Source of the DNA: an uncultured Alphaproteobacteria bacterium
Lineage (GTDB): Bacteria; Pseudomonadota; Alphaproteobacteria; HIMB59; GCA-002718135
NCBI GenBank assembly: GCA_902602515.1
Contig: CACKRG010000005.1
Coordinates: 1,245-65,244, forward strand
Direction: 5' to 3'
DNA: 64,000 nt
This document shows positions 46,026-55,075 of the stretch, piece after piece; position 1 is the first letter of the stretch, and each line of letters begins with the position of its first letter. The notes under the pieces were generated by a model. That model was not told the origin of the DNA and did no database searches. It saw nothing but the letters and a program-made list of their open reading frames with translations. The position numbers and the translations under genes are program-made.

Positions 46026-46968
46026 TAAAAAAATTTTAATTTTAGAAGGTGGTAATAATGAAGAGCATGATGTATCTTTAGTAACCTCTAGAGAAATTCA
46101 AAAAGTTCTTAATCAAAATAAATTGAAGTTTAAGACTTTAAGAGTTAATCCAAAAAACTTTCATAAAAAAATAATTAATTATAAAAATTTTGTTTGTATT
46201 AATGCTTTACATGGGCCCTTTGGTGAAGATGGACAAACTCAAAAAATTTTAAAAAAAAATAAGATTCCTTTTTCTCATTCAAATATAAAATCATCTAATC
46301 TATGTTTTAATAAATCTGCCTCTAAGAAAGAAATTATTAAAAATAAATTAATGTCTCCAAAATATTATCTTTTAAATATAAATGATTTAAATGAGAAGAA
46401 ATTAATTAATATCAAAAGTAAGCTAAAAAAATTTGTTATTAAGCCCAATAGAAGTGGTTCAAGTTTTGGTATAAAAATAATAAAAAATCAAAAAGAATTT
46501 GATATTTTAATTGCTAATTTAGAAGGTTTTAAAAAGGAACTTAATAATCATAAAGAAATCTTAATTGAAGAGTATATATCTGGAAGGGAGCTTACAGTTT
46601 CAACTATTAAATTAGATAAAAAAATTCACGCACTCGCTGTTACAGAGATAAAATCAAAAAATAATTTCTTCGATTATAAAGCGAAGTATTCAAAAGGTTA
46701 CGCTAAACATATTTTGCCAGCTAAGTTAAATAAAACAAATTATGCTAAATGTCTTAAATTTGCAACTAAAGCTCATAAACTCTTAGGTTGTAATTCACTC
46801 GCAAGAACTGATTTTATTTTTGATACAAAAAAAAATAAAATTTTCTTTTTAGAAACAAATACTCAACCTGGACTTACTCCTATATCTCTATTACCCGAAC
46901 AAGCTAATTATAAAGGTTTACCTTTTTCAGAAATTATTTTTATTTTAGTTAAAAATTTGAATTATTAA
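46018..46968 (+). CDS. ddl: D-alanine--D-alanine ligase
   Basis: 316 aa with a GTG start and an ATP-grasp fold (HGPFGEDG, GSSFGI, RTDF, LETNTQPG). Confidence 0.9.
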   Translation: MSNKKILILEGGNNEEHDVSLVTSREIQKVLNQNKLKFKTLRVNPKNFHKKIINYKNFVCINALHGPFGEDGQTQKILKKNKIPFSHSNIKSSNLCFNKSASKKEIIKNKLMSPKYYLLNINDLNEKKLINIKSKLKKFVIKPNRSGSSFGIKIIKNQKEFDILIANLEGFKKELNNHKEILIEEYISGRELTVSTIKLDKKIHALAVTEIKSKNNFFDYKAKYSKGYAKHILPAKLNKTNYAKCLKFATKAHKLLGCNSLARTDFIFDTKKNKIFFLETNTQPGLTPISLLPEQANYKGLPFSEIIFILVKNLNY

Positions 46969-46972
46969 TAAT

Positions 46973-47746
46973 ATGAAAAATATTAACAGAAGAAAGTATA
47001 TTATAAATTTAAAAACATATATTTACATATTTTTTTGTTTATTTTTTATCACTCTTTCATTACTTATATATACTAATAAAAACTATTTTTTTTTTGTTTC
47101 TAAAAATATAATTGAAACTTTTTCAGAAAAATTTGAATATCAATTATCTTTATTTGATATTTCAGGTTTAGATAGAGTAGAATCAAAATATGTGTCAAAA
47201 AAGTTACAAAAATACATGAAAACTTCAATATTTTTATTACCACTTGACCAAATCAATGATTCTATTAAAGAAAATAATTGGGTTAAAGAAATCTATTTAA
47301 ATACAAATTATAAAGACACGTTATTTATTAAAATAGTAGAACATAAACCTATAGGTATTTATTTTTTTAATGAAAAATACTTTTTTTTTAATAATAATGG
47401 AAAAATTATAGATGAAACAAATTATAAGGATCTTTTCAATCAGCCACTTCTAATATTTAAGGGCAATTCCTCAAACTTAAAAGCAAATTCAATAATAAAT
47501 ATATTACGAAATAATGATTTTATAAAAAAATACAAAATTGAGACTTTAGAATATGTTAATAATAGAAGATGGGATATAAATTTACGAAATAATGTAAAAT
47601 TAATGCTTTCAGAAGATGATCCAGATAAATCTATTGATAATTTTATTTTGATACAAAATAAACTTAGCGAAACAGATATGATTAATATAAAAGCATATGA
47701 TTTAAGAGATTTGACAAAAACAATCTTAATTAATGTAAATGATTAA
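46973..47746 (+). CDS. ftsQ: cell division protein FtsQ
   Basis: 257 aa with an N-terminal TM helix followed by a POTRA-like domain. Its position between ddl and ftsA is conserved. Sequence conservation is weak. Confidence 0.75.
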   Translation: MKNINRRKYIINLKTYIYIFFCLFFITLSLLIYTNKNYFFFVSKNIIETFSEKFEYQLSLFDISGLDRVESKYVSKKLQKYMKTSIFLLPLDQINDSIKENNWVKEIYLNTNYKDTLFIKIVEHKPIGIYFFNEKYFFFNNNGKIIDETNYKDLFNQPLLIFKGNSSNLKANSIINILRNNDFIKKYKIETLEYVNNRRWDINLRNNVKLMLSEDDPDKSIDNFILIQNKLSETDMINIKAYDLRDLTKTILINVND

Positions 47747-48959
47747 AGCTGGTCTAGATATTGGTAATTCTAAAATATCATGTGTAGTAGCAGATTATAA
47801 GAATCCAGAAAATATAAAAATTTTATCATTACTAAGTGTTCCTACAACAAACATAAAAAAAAATATTGTATTAAATTATGATAATTTATACGAACAAACT
47901 AAACAACTCATCTTAGAAACTGAAAAGCAATCTCAAACAAAATTAAATTCTATTAATTTAAATTTTTCTCTTCTAAATTCATCATCTTATTATTATGATT
48001 CAGAAATTGATTTAAATAATGAGAAAATATCTGAATTACACATCAAGAAAATAATAAATAAATCTGAATTCTTTAATACTTCTTCAAATGAGTTTGAACT
48101 TATGAATAATATAATTTCATATGATCTTGATAGTAATCAATATTATACTGCTCCATTAGGAAATTATTCTGATAAGGTTAAAATTAATTTTTATAAAATT
48201 TTAACTCAAAAAAAATATATAGATAATTTATCCAATATGATTACACAATTAAAATTGAATATTGAAAATTATATTCCTTCTCCTTTATCTTCATCTCTTT
48301 CATCTTTAAATAATGATGAAAAAGAACTTGGAACCATATGTATAAATTTAGGACATTCAACTTCATCTGTTGCAATTTTTGAAAACAATAAATTTATTTT
48401 TGGAGATACAATTGGTATTGGAAGTAATAATGTAACCTTAGATATTGCAAGAGGAGTTTCAACTACGATATCGAGTGCCGAAAGACTGAAGAGTTTATAT
48501 GGATCACTACTTTCGTCTCCAAGCGATGAACATGAAATAATTGAAATACCTATATTATCTGATAAAAAAAATAATTTTAAACAAATAACCAGATCGTATC
48601 TAAATGCAATTATAAAACCTAGAATTGAGGAAACTCTTGAAATATTATGGCAAAAAATAAAAGATAATAATTTTAATAATAGAAAATTAAATAATGTCGT
48701 TATAACTGGAGGGGGCGCTCAACTTGATAATATTGAGGAATATGTCAGTGCAATTTTTGCAAGTGGGGTAAGAGTTGCTAATCCTCTAGATTTCCTTGAA
48801 ATTAAAAAAGAGTATAATAAACCAAATTTTTGCGATGTAATTGGATCTATAATTTATGATCCAAAGTATTATAAGGTAAATTTCCTTGAAAAAAGACAGA
48901 ATACTGGGAAAAAAAATGGTATTTCTGGTTTTTTTTCTTGGCTTGATCAATATATTTAG
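47739..48959 (+). CDS. ftsA: cell division protein FtsA
   Basis: 406 aa with the actin-like ATPase fold (GLDIGNSKISCVV, VITGGGAQL) and a C-terminal amphipathic tail (GFFSWLDQYI). Confidence 0.9.
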   Translation: MIKAGLDIGNSKISCVVADYKNPENIKILSLLSVPTTNIKKNIVLNYDNLYEQTKQLILETEKQSQTKLNSINLNFSLLNSSSYYYDSEIDLNNEKISELHIKKIINKSEFFNTSSNEFELMNNIISYDLDSNQYYTAPLGNYSDKVKINFYKILTQKKYIDNLSNMITQLKLNIENYIPSPLSSSLSSLNNDEKELGTICINLGHSTSSVAIFENNKFIFGDTIGIGSNNVTLDIARGVSTTISSAERLKSLYGSLLSSPSDEHEIIEIPILSDKKNNFKQITRSYLNAIIKPRIEETLEILWQKIKDNNFNNRKLNNVVITGGGAQLDNIEEYVSAIFASGVRVANPLDFLEIKKEYNKPNFCDVIGSIIYDPKYYKVNFLEKRQNTGKKNGISGFFSWLDQYI

Positions 48960-48984
48960 ATACTACTATATGTAGTGAAATTTG

Positions 48985-49014
48985 TTGACGGTTTCGATTG
49001 AAAATCGTTAAAAT
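48985..49014 (+). promoter_or_regulatory. sigma-70-like promoter upstream of ftsZ
   Basis: TTGACG (48985-90), an 18-nt spacer and TAAAAT (49009-14). The spacer contains the small palindrome CGATT-gaa-AATCG. A GGCGGAG Shine-Dalgarno lies upstream of the ftsZ ATG. Confidence 0.4.
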
Positions 49015-49039
49015 TGATAAAAAAACGGCGGAGATTTAA

Positions 49040-50674
49040 ATGACTATTAATATTTCAATACAAGATGTAGCTCACAATTTACATCCTAAAATAACTGTTT
49101 TAGGAGTAGGTGGATCAGGTGGAAATGCAGTTAATAATATGATTAATGCAAATTTAGAAGGTGTTGACTTCTTAATTGCAAATACTGATGCACAAGCATT
49201 ACAAATTTCAAATTGCCCAAACAAAATACAATTAGGTATAAATAGCACAAAAGGTTTAGGTGCTGGAATGCGACCTGATATAGGTAGGCAAGCAGCTGAA
49301 GAGGCAATACAGGATTTAAATGAGAAATTTGAAGGTAGTCATATGTTGTTTATAGCTGCAGGTATGGGCGGTGGTACTGGAACTGGTGCAGCTCCGGTAA
49401 TTGCAAAGCTAGCAAGAGAAAAGGGAATTTTAACTGTTGGAGTAGTTACAAAACCATTTCATTTTGAAGGATCAAGAAGAATGAAACTTGCTGAAAAAGG
49501 AATAGAAGATCTTCAACAACATGTAGACACATTATTAACAATACCTAATCAAAATCTATTTAGAATAGCAAATGAAAAAACGACATTTGCAGATGCTTTT
49601 AAAATGGCTGATGATGTTCTCTATGCAGGAGTTAGAGGGGTAACTGATTTAATGGTTCAGCCCGGAATGATCAATTTAGATTTTTCAGATATAAAGACTG
49701 TAATGTCAGAAATGGGTAAGGCTATGATGGGTACCGGGGAAGCTCAAGGTGAAGGAAGATCAATAGCTGCTGCTGAAGCTGCAATAGCAAATCCATTAAT
49801 AGATGATGTATCATTAAAAGGCGCTAAAGGACTTATTATAAATATTACTGGTGGAAAAGATATCACACTTTATGAAGTAGATGAGGCTGCTAATAGAATT
49901 AAGCAAGAAATAGATGAAGAAGCAAATATTATATATGGAACTACTTGTGATGAAAGACTTGAAGGTGTTGTTAGAGTTAGCATTGTTGCTACGGGTATAG
50001 ATGCAAATATTAATACCTCAGTGAATCCTATTGATAATTATGGTCAGATAAAAATTAATAATGATATTTATAAAAAAGATCAAATTAAAGCTGATGAAGT
50101 AAGTATCAATTCACATTCAGTTTCTAGTCTAGATACAGAGAATTCTGAAAATGAAACTGCAAATGTATTCTCAAAAACAACACAAGATTTAGAAGAAAAT
50201 AATATTTCTTCAGAAATAGAATCAGATACTTTGTTGAATGAAAATAGTATAGATGAAACATCAGAATTTTTAGAAGAAGAAACTGAAGAAGAAGAAACTG
50301 CAGAGGAAATTATATCTGACAAATCTGATAAAAATATTGTAACTGATGAAAAATATGAAGAATTAGCTAATAATACAGTTGAAACAACTGTAAGAAGATT
50401 AAGCTTATTTGATACTTTACCGTCAGAAAATAGTGAAACTATTACCAATTCTGATTCTTCTTCAGATAAATCTGAGCCAGTTCTGAGCTCTAAAGAAGAT
50501 GCAGATAATAGTTCTAAAATAGTAGAAGATAATAATGATAATGATAATGCAATACATCAAAGTGAGTTTGATCCGGAAGAGAGTAATTTGTCAGAATTAG
50601 ATGACGAATTTAACCAAGAATCTGAGGAAGAACTGTTAGATATACCTACATTTTTAAGGAGACAGGCTAATTAA
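49040..50674 (+). CDS. ftsZ: cell division GTPase FtsZ with a long acidic C-terminal linker
   Basis: 544 aa with the tubulin signature [11 protein letters not shown]. The core ends near residue 321. A linker of about 210 aa rich in D/E/S/N follows, then the conserved C-terminal peptide [12 protein letters not shown]. Confidence 0.97.
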   Translation: MTINISIQDVAHNLHPKITVLGVGGSGGNAVNNMINANLEGVDFLIANTDAQALQISNCPNKIQLGINSTKGLGAGMRPDIGRQAAEEAIQDLNEKFEGSHMLFIAAGMGGGTGTGAAPVIAKLAREKGILTVGVVTKPFHFEGSRRMKLAEKGIEDLQQHVDTLLTIPNQNLFRIANEKTTFADAFKMADDVLYAGVRGVTDLMVQPGMINLDFSDIKTVMSEMGKAMMGTGEAQGEGRSIAAAEAAIANPLIDDVSLKGAKGLIINITGGKDITLYEVDEAANRIKQEIDEEANIIYGTTCDERLEGVVRVSIVATGIDANINTSVNPIDNYGQIKINNDIYKKDQIKADEVSINSHSVSSLDTENSENETANVFSKTTQDLEENNISSEIESDTLLNENSIDETSEFLEEETEEEETAEEIISDKSDKNIVTDEKYEELANNTVETTVRRLSLFDTLPSENSETITNSDSSSDKSEPVLSSKEDADNSSKIVEDNNDNDNAIHQSEFDPEESNLSELDDEFNQESEEELLDIPTFLRRQAN

Positions 50675-50748
50675 AGTATTTAAATAATTATCTGAAATAC
50701 TTTGAAATATTAGGTTAATTGTTAAAACCGAAAAAAATATGTATCCAC

Positions 50749-50773
50749 AAAAGTGCTGAATTCAGCACTTTTT
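50749..50773 (+). terminator. perfect palindromic (bidirectional) rho-independent terminator between ftsZ and lpxC
   Basis: AAAAGTGCTGAATTCAGCACTTTT(T): a 6-bp GC-containing stem (GTGCTG/CAGCAC), an AATT loop, and A and T tracts on the two sides. Confidence 0.6.
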
Positions 50774-50776
50774 ATT

Positions 50777-51649
50777 ATGATTGATACTTCGAATAACAAT
50801 ACAAATCAACAAACTTTATCTGAACCATTACTAATTAAAGGTATTGGACTTCATTCGGGTATTGAAGTTTCTATGAAGCTTATTCCAGCAGAAGAAAACT
50901 TTGGAATAAAATTTTATAGAACTGATTTAAAAGAAAATAATGAAATAGATGCCTTATGGTCTAATGTTAGTAACACGCAGCTAAGCACTACTATTAGTAA
51001 CAAGTATGGAGCTAAAGTTTCCACTATTGAACATTTAATGAGTGCTTTATCAGGTTTGCATATTGATAATCTTAAAATAGAAATTGATGGCCCAGAAGTT
51101 CCAATAATGGATGGCAGTTCGAAAGATTTTGTAGATTTAATAGATTCAATACCTATTAAAAATATCAATAAAAAAAGAAAAATTATTGTAATTAAAAAAA
51201 ATATTAAAGTAACAAACGATATTGGAAAAGTTGAATTAAAGCCAAACAATCAATTTTCAATTGATTTTGAGATAGATTTTCCAAGTAAAATTATAAGTAA
51301 ACAATCATGCCAATTGCAACTTATTAATGGTAATTATAAAACTGATATTGCATCTGCTCGTACTTTTGGCTTTGAAAGAGATGTAGATAAACTTAGATCG
51401 AGTGGTTTGGCTTTAGGTGGATCACTTGAAAACGCCGTAGTAGTTGGAGAAAATAAAATACTAAACCAAGAAGGCTTAAGATTTAAAGATGAATTTGTAA
51501 GACATAAAATTTTGGACTCAATAGGAGATTTATATCTAGCAGGAGCTCCAATTCAAGGATATTTTTTAGGAAGTAAATCTGGACATTATTTAAACAATTT
51601 ATTGCTTAAGTCTTTATTCTCTGATGAAAATAATTATGAATATATATAG
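50777..51649 (+). CDS. lpxC: UDP-3-O-acyl-N-acetylglucosamine deacetylase
   Basis: Start moved to the ATG after the hairpin (MIDTSNNN...TLSEPLLIKGIGLHSG). LpxC motifs are present (STIEHLMSAL, HKILDSIGDL). The track's GTG start lies inside the terminator stem. Confidence 0.9.
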   Translation: MIDTSNNNTNQQTLSEPLLIKGIGLHSGIEVSMKLIPAEENFGIKFYRTDLKENNEIDALWSNVSNTQLSTTISNKYGAKVSTIEHLMSALSGLHIDNLKIEIDGPEVPIMDGSSKDFVDLIDSIPIKNINKKRKIIVIKKNIKVTNDIGKVELKPNNQFSIDFEIDFPSKIISKQSCQLQLINGNYKTDIASARTFGFERDVDKLRSSGLALGGSLENAVVVGENKILNQEGLRFKDEFVRHKILDSIGDLYLAGAPIQGYFLGSKSGHYLNNLLLKSLFSDENNYEYI

Positions 51650-53035
51650 CTAAATCATTTTTTTTGGATCAACAATTCTATCAAAATCATCTTCACTAAT
51701 TAAATTTAATTTGATTGCAGCATCACGTAAACTTATATTATCTTGATAAGCTTTTTTTGCAATCTTTGCTGAATTGTCGTAACCAATAAATTTATTTAAT
51801 GCTGTAACTAACATCAAAGAATTCTTTAAATGATCAGATATATTTTTTTTATTTGGTTTAATTCCTTTTAAACAATTTTTATTAAAACTATTTATTCCAT
51901 CACTTAGTAAATTTATACTTTGAATAATATTGTAAGCAATAACAGGTTTATAAGTATTTAATTGGAAATGACCATTTGCACCTCCAATGTCTACAGTCGT
52001 ACCATTGCCTATCACTTGAGCACATACCATGCTTAGAGCTTCAATTTGAGTAGGATTTATCTTACCGGGCATAATTGATGAGCCAGGTTCATTTGCTGGA
52101 ATTAATAATTCCCCAATACCTGATCTTGGACCAGAAGATAAAAAGCGAATATCATTTAATATTTTAATTAATGATATTGATAAAGTTTTAAGGCTATTTG
52201 AAAAATTAACTAGCGGATCATGAGAGGAGATTGCTTTAAATTTATTTTTGGATGGCTTATATATATTTTTTGTAATTTTATTTATGTGTTTGCAGAAAAT
52301 TTTATCAAAGTTTTTTGGAGAGTTGATTCCACTGCCAACAGCTGTGCCTCCTTGGGCTAAAAAACTTAATTCCTTTTTTGCTATTAGTATTCTGTCTAAA
52401 CATGAATTTATTTGAGAATAAAATGCAGAAAATTCGTTTCCTAATGTTATAGGTGTAGCGTCTTGAGTATGAGTTCTTCCTATTTTAATAATATTTTTAA
52501 ATTTATTTTCTTTTACTTTTAGTTCTTTCTTTAAGTTTTTAATAGTTGGTATAAGTTTATTTAAAGTTAGTTCATTAATAGCAATATGCATAATTGTCGG
52601 AAAGGTATCATTTGATGATTGAGATAAATTGACATGATCATTAGGATGTATTGGATGTTTACTTCCGATTTTACCTTTTATTTTTTTTATTACATAATTA
52701 CTTATAACTTCATTTGCATTCATATTTGTTTGCGTCCCAGATCCAGTTTGCCATACTGATAACGGAAATTCATTAATTAGTTTTAAACTAATTATCTGGT
52801 TACATGCATCGATGATATAATTTCCAAATTTTTTGTTTAATAATCCAAGCTCAATATTAGCTTGGGCAGCAGCTTTTTTTTGCTGACCTAAAGCTACAAT
52901 GATTTCAGTAGGAATTCTTTCATGACCAATTTTAAAATTTTCAAAAGATCTTTGAGTTTGAGCACCCCATAATCTATCTATATCAATTTTTTTTGTACCT
53001 AAACTATCTGATTCTATTCTTTTTTTATTAGTCAT
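51650..53035 (-). CDS. fumC: class II fumarate hydratase
   Basis: 461 aa with GAQTQRS, the GSSIMPGKINPTQ signature loop and the general lyase_1 family architecture. Confidence 0.93.
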   Translation of the reverse strand: MTNKKRIESDSLGTKKIDIDRLWGAQTQRSFENFKIGHERIPTEIIVALGQQKKAAAQANIELGLLNKKFGNYIIDACNQIISLKLINEFPLSVWQTGSGTQTNMNANEVISNYVIKKIKGKIGSKHPIHPNDHVNLSQSSNDTFPTIMHIAINELTLNKLIPTIKNLKKELKVKENKFKNIIKIGRTHTQDATPITLGNEFSAFYSQINSCLDRILIAKKELSFLAQGGTAVGSGINSPKNFDKIFCKHINKITKNIYKPSKNKFKAISSHDPLVNFSNSLKTLSISLIKILNDIRFLSSGPRSGIGELLIPANEPGSSIMPGKINPTQIEALSMVCAQVIGNGTTVDIGGANGHFQLNTYKPVIAYNIIQSINLLSDGINSFNKNCLKGIKPNKKNISDHLKNSLMLVTALNKFIGYDNSAKIAKKAYQDNISLRDAAIKLNLISEDDFDRIVDPKKMI

Positions 53036-53076
53036 TATTTGTTATTAAAGTAATTATAACATATTATTTTTAACAT

Positions 53077-53706
53077 ATGAATAAACTTGTTTTACTAAGG
53101 CACGGTCAAAGCCAATGGAATCTTGAAAACAGATTTACAGGTTGGAAAAACGTTCCTCTGACAGAAAAAGGAATTAATGAAGCTAAAAATGCAGGATATT
53201 TAATAAAAAAAAATAATATTAAATTTGATAAAATTTTTAGCAGTGTTTTAGAAAGAGCAAATAAAACTGCTGAAATTGCTATTAAAGCTGCAAATATGAA
53301 TGAATTCCTAAATAATAATGAGTTAATTTACATAAGAAATAAAAGCTTAAATGAAAGAGATTATGGTGATTTAGTTGGCTTAAATAAATCTGAAACTGCA
53401 AAAAAATTTGGCAAGGATCAAGTTCATATATGGAGGAGATCTTATGATATCCCTCCACCTAATGGAGAAAGTTTAAAAGATGTTGTTAATAGAGTGTCTC
53501 CTTACTTTAGTGCCGAAATTGAACCACTAATTAATGAAAATAAAAATATTCTAATTGCAGCACATGGAAATTCATTAAGAGCAATTATGATAAAGGTTGG
53601 ACTGTACAAGCCTGAAGAAATATCGTCTATTGAACTACCCACTGGCAGTCCATTGTGTTTAGAATATAATAACGGTAAATTAATCAATCATTATTATTTA
53701 AATTAA
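53077..53706 (+). CDS. gpmA: 2,3-bisphosphoglycerate-dependent phosphoglycerate mutase (short alphaproteobacterial form)
   Basis: 209 aa with LVLLRHGQSQWNLENRFTGW and a distal catalytic His (AAHGNSLRA). Confidence 0.92.
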   Translation: MNKLVLLRHGQSQWNLENRFTGWKNVPLTEKGINEAKNAGYLIKKNNIKFDKIFSSVLERANKTAEIAIKAANMNEFLNNNELIYIRNKSLNERDYGDLVGLNKSETAKKFGKDQVHIWRRSYDIPPPNGESLKDVVNRVSPYFSAEIEPLINENKNILIAAHGNSLRAIMIKVGLYKPEEISSIELPTGSPLCLEYNNGKLINHYYLN

Positions 53707-54134
53707 TTTTTTTTAAAATTAGAAAATTCAATAACATTATCTAATTTTGTTTTATTTTTCTTTCTTACGTGCATTTTTTTTTCTATTTTTGATTCTTTTA
53801 ATCTTAAACCAAAATTAGCAGAAGGATCTGCAAAAGAAATTATGGCATCAAAACCAATTTTAAGATCAGTTTTTACATTATTAAATGAAAGGGTAATTTC
53901 AAATGAATTATTTCTTATGTTAATATTATAATATTCATATTGAATTATAATTGTCATTTCTTCAGGATATTTTTCAAGAAGCCATTTTGGAATTTTAACA
54001 TTTTTATTTTTTGTTTCAAATGTTATGTATAAATGGTTTCCATCTGATAATCCTTCATTTTTAATATTGTTTAAAATATCTTTAAAAACATTAAGCATGT
54101 TTTGATTTAGAATATTTTTATAATCAATACTCAT
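53703..54134 (-). CDS. sspB: ClpXP adaptor SspB (alphaproteobacterial type)
   Basis: 143 aa with the pattern HLYITF.T....V.IP.WL.EKYPEEMTIIIQYEY....I....F...LSF......L.I.F.AI..FADPS..FGL, as in SspB-alpha. Assignment is from memory only. Confidence 0.7.
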   Translation of the reverse strand: MSIDYKNILNQNMLNVFKDILNNIKNEGLSDGNHLYITFETKNKNVKIPKWLLEKYPEEMTIIIQYEYYNINIRNNSFEITLSFNNVKTDLKIGFDAIISFADPSANFGLRLKESKIEKKMHVRKKNKTKLDNVIEFSNFKKN

Positions 54135-54150
54135 AATTACAAAAACAAAA

Positions 54151-54516
54151 TTATTTTTTTAGCTTTTCCCACTCAGCCATACCACCGGAAATATTTTTAA
54201 CGTTTTTAATGCCCATGTCTTGCATTGTTTTAGTTGCTAAAGTACCTTGTCCGCCAACACCACAAAATACAACATATTCTTTTTCTGGGTTATTTTTAAA
54301 AAATTCATTTTCTAAGGGACTTCCGTCAGCTAAATAAAACTCAAGAAACGCTTTATCTAAGTGAATTGCGTTTCCAATTGTACCTTTTTCAAAACTATCT
54401 TTATCTCTAACATCAATAAATTGAACATTTGGGTCATTTAACTTTTCTTTAGCTTCTGAAGCAGTTATATTTATAATTTCATCTTTTACACTCATTAAAT
54501 CTTCAAATTTTTTCAT
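54151..54516 (-). CDS. rhodanese-like domain protein
   Basis: 121 aa with a single rhodanese-fold pattern (FIDVRD...F..G.I..A, active-site-loop Cys in FCGVGGQG, ...GG...W). AAAGGAG Shine-Dalgarno upstream. Confidence 0.75.
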   Translation of the reverse strand: MKKFEDLMSVKDEIINITASEAKEKLNDPNVQFIDVRDKDSFEKGTIGNAIHLDKAFLEFYLADGSPLENEFFKNNPEKEYVVFCGVGGQGTLATKTMQDMGIKNVKNISGGMAEWEKLKK

Positions 54517-54538
54517 ATTACTCCTTTTTAATTTTGTT

Positions 54539-54552
54539 TGGGGCGTTCTGTT
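54539..54552. repeat. distal copy of the ssrA 3'-end 14-mer (attL/attR-like)
   Basis: TGGGGCGTTCTGTT is identical to 55076-55089. It lies 22 nt upstream of the rhodanese start codon. Confidence 0.8.
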
Positions 54553-54598
54553 TCCTCAACTAACTTGCCCAAGTCGCAGTATACAATGATTTTCTGCG

Positions 54599-54666
54599 TC
54601 TGTGTGCTTTTTCTGTGTGCTCTGATTTTGTGTTTTTGATGAATTTGCGACTTTTGTCTGTGTGCT
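54599..54666 (+). repeat. three direct copies of (T)CTGTGTGCT
   Basis: Copies at 54600-54608, 54613-54621 and 54658-54666. An 8-bp inverted repeat, AAGTCGCA (54571-78) and TGCGACTT (54646-53), brackets the first two. Confidence 0.85.
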
Positions 54667-54724
54667 ATCTTAAAATAGATGTAATTATTATGTAAAATAT
54701 TAATTAAAAATAGGGAGAATTAAA

Positions 54725-54940
54725 ATGACTATAGACCAATATACAAAGTTTTTACTTACGTTGATTGCAGTTGGCATACTTGGACTCAACTTTCATCTTT
54801 ATAAGGGTAGTATCATTAAGAATGCGTTTGCAGCAAACGAACAAATACATAAAATTGCGATTTGCAACGAGCAAGGAACAAAATGTGCAGGTGTTTCTGA
54901 AAATGGAAATCATTTTAGAATAATAGTAACACCACGATGA
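54725..54940 (+). CDS. hypothetical small membrane-anchored protein (71 aa)
   Basis: A strong AGGGAG Shine-Dalgarno lies 8 nt upstream of the ATG. There is one N-terminal TM helix (FLLTLIAVGILGLNF) and a ~40-aa tail with two Cys (CNEQGTKC). I recognise no family. Confidence 0.5.
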   Translation: MTIDQYTKFLLTLIAVGILGLNFHLYKGSIIKNAFAANEQIHKIAICNEQGTKCAGVSENGNHFRIIVTPR

Positions 54941-54996
54941 TTAATTAATTTCAATACGATTCATCACATAGAAAATGGGAACCTTTTGATTTTTAT

Positions 54997-55028
54997 CTGT
55001 GTGCTTTCTGTGTGCTCAACTGTGTGCT
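54997..55028 (+). repeat. three further direct copies of CTGTGTGCT
   Basis: Copies at 54997-55005, 55008-55016 and 55020-55028, spaced 11-12 nt apart and in the same orientation as the first trio. Confidence 0.85.
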
Positions 55029-55075
55029 CTTTAATTTTACAAAAACAAGAGGAAGCAAAGGGAATTTATAAAAGT

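Noticed and set aside
54571-54653. An 8-bp inverted repeat, AAGTCGCA/TGCGACTT, considered as terminal inverted repeats of a MITE.
   Set aside because: It is only 8 bp, no target-site duplication was recognised, and it spans just 83 bp. I kept it as a detail of the CTGTGTGCT repeat finding rather than calling a transposable element.
54599-55028. The CTGTGTGCT repeats considered as a CRISPR array.
   Set aside because: The repeats are only 9 nt, the spacers are 2-36 nt and irregular, an ORF interrupts the set, and there are no cas genes in the window.
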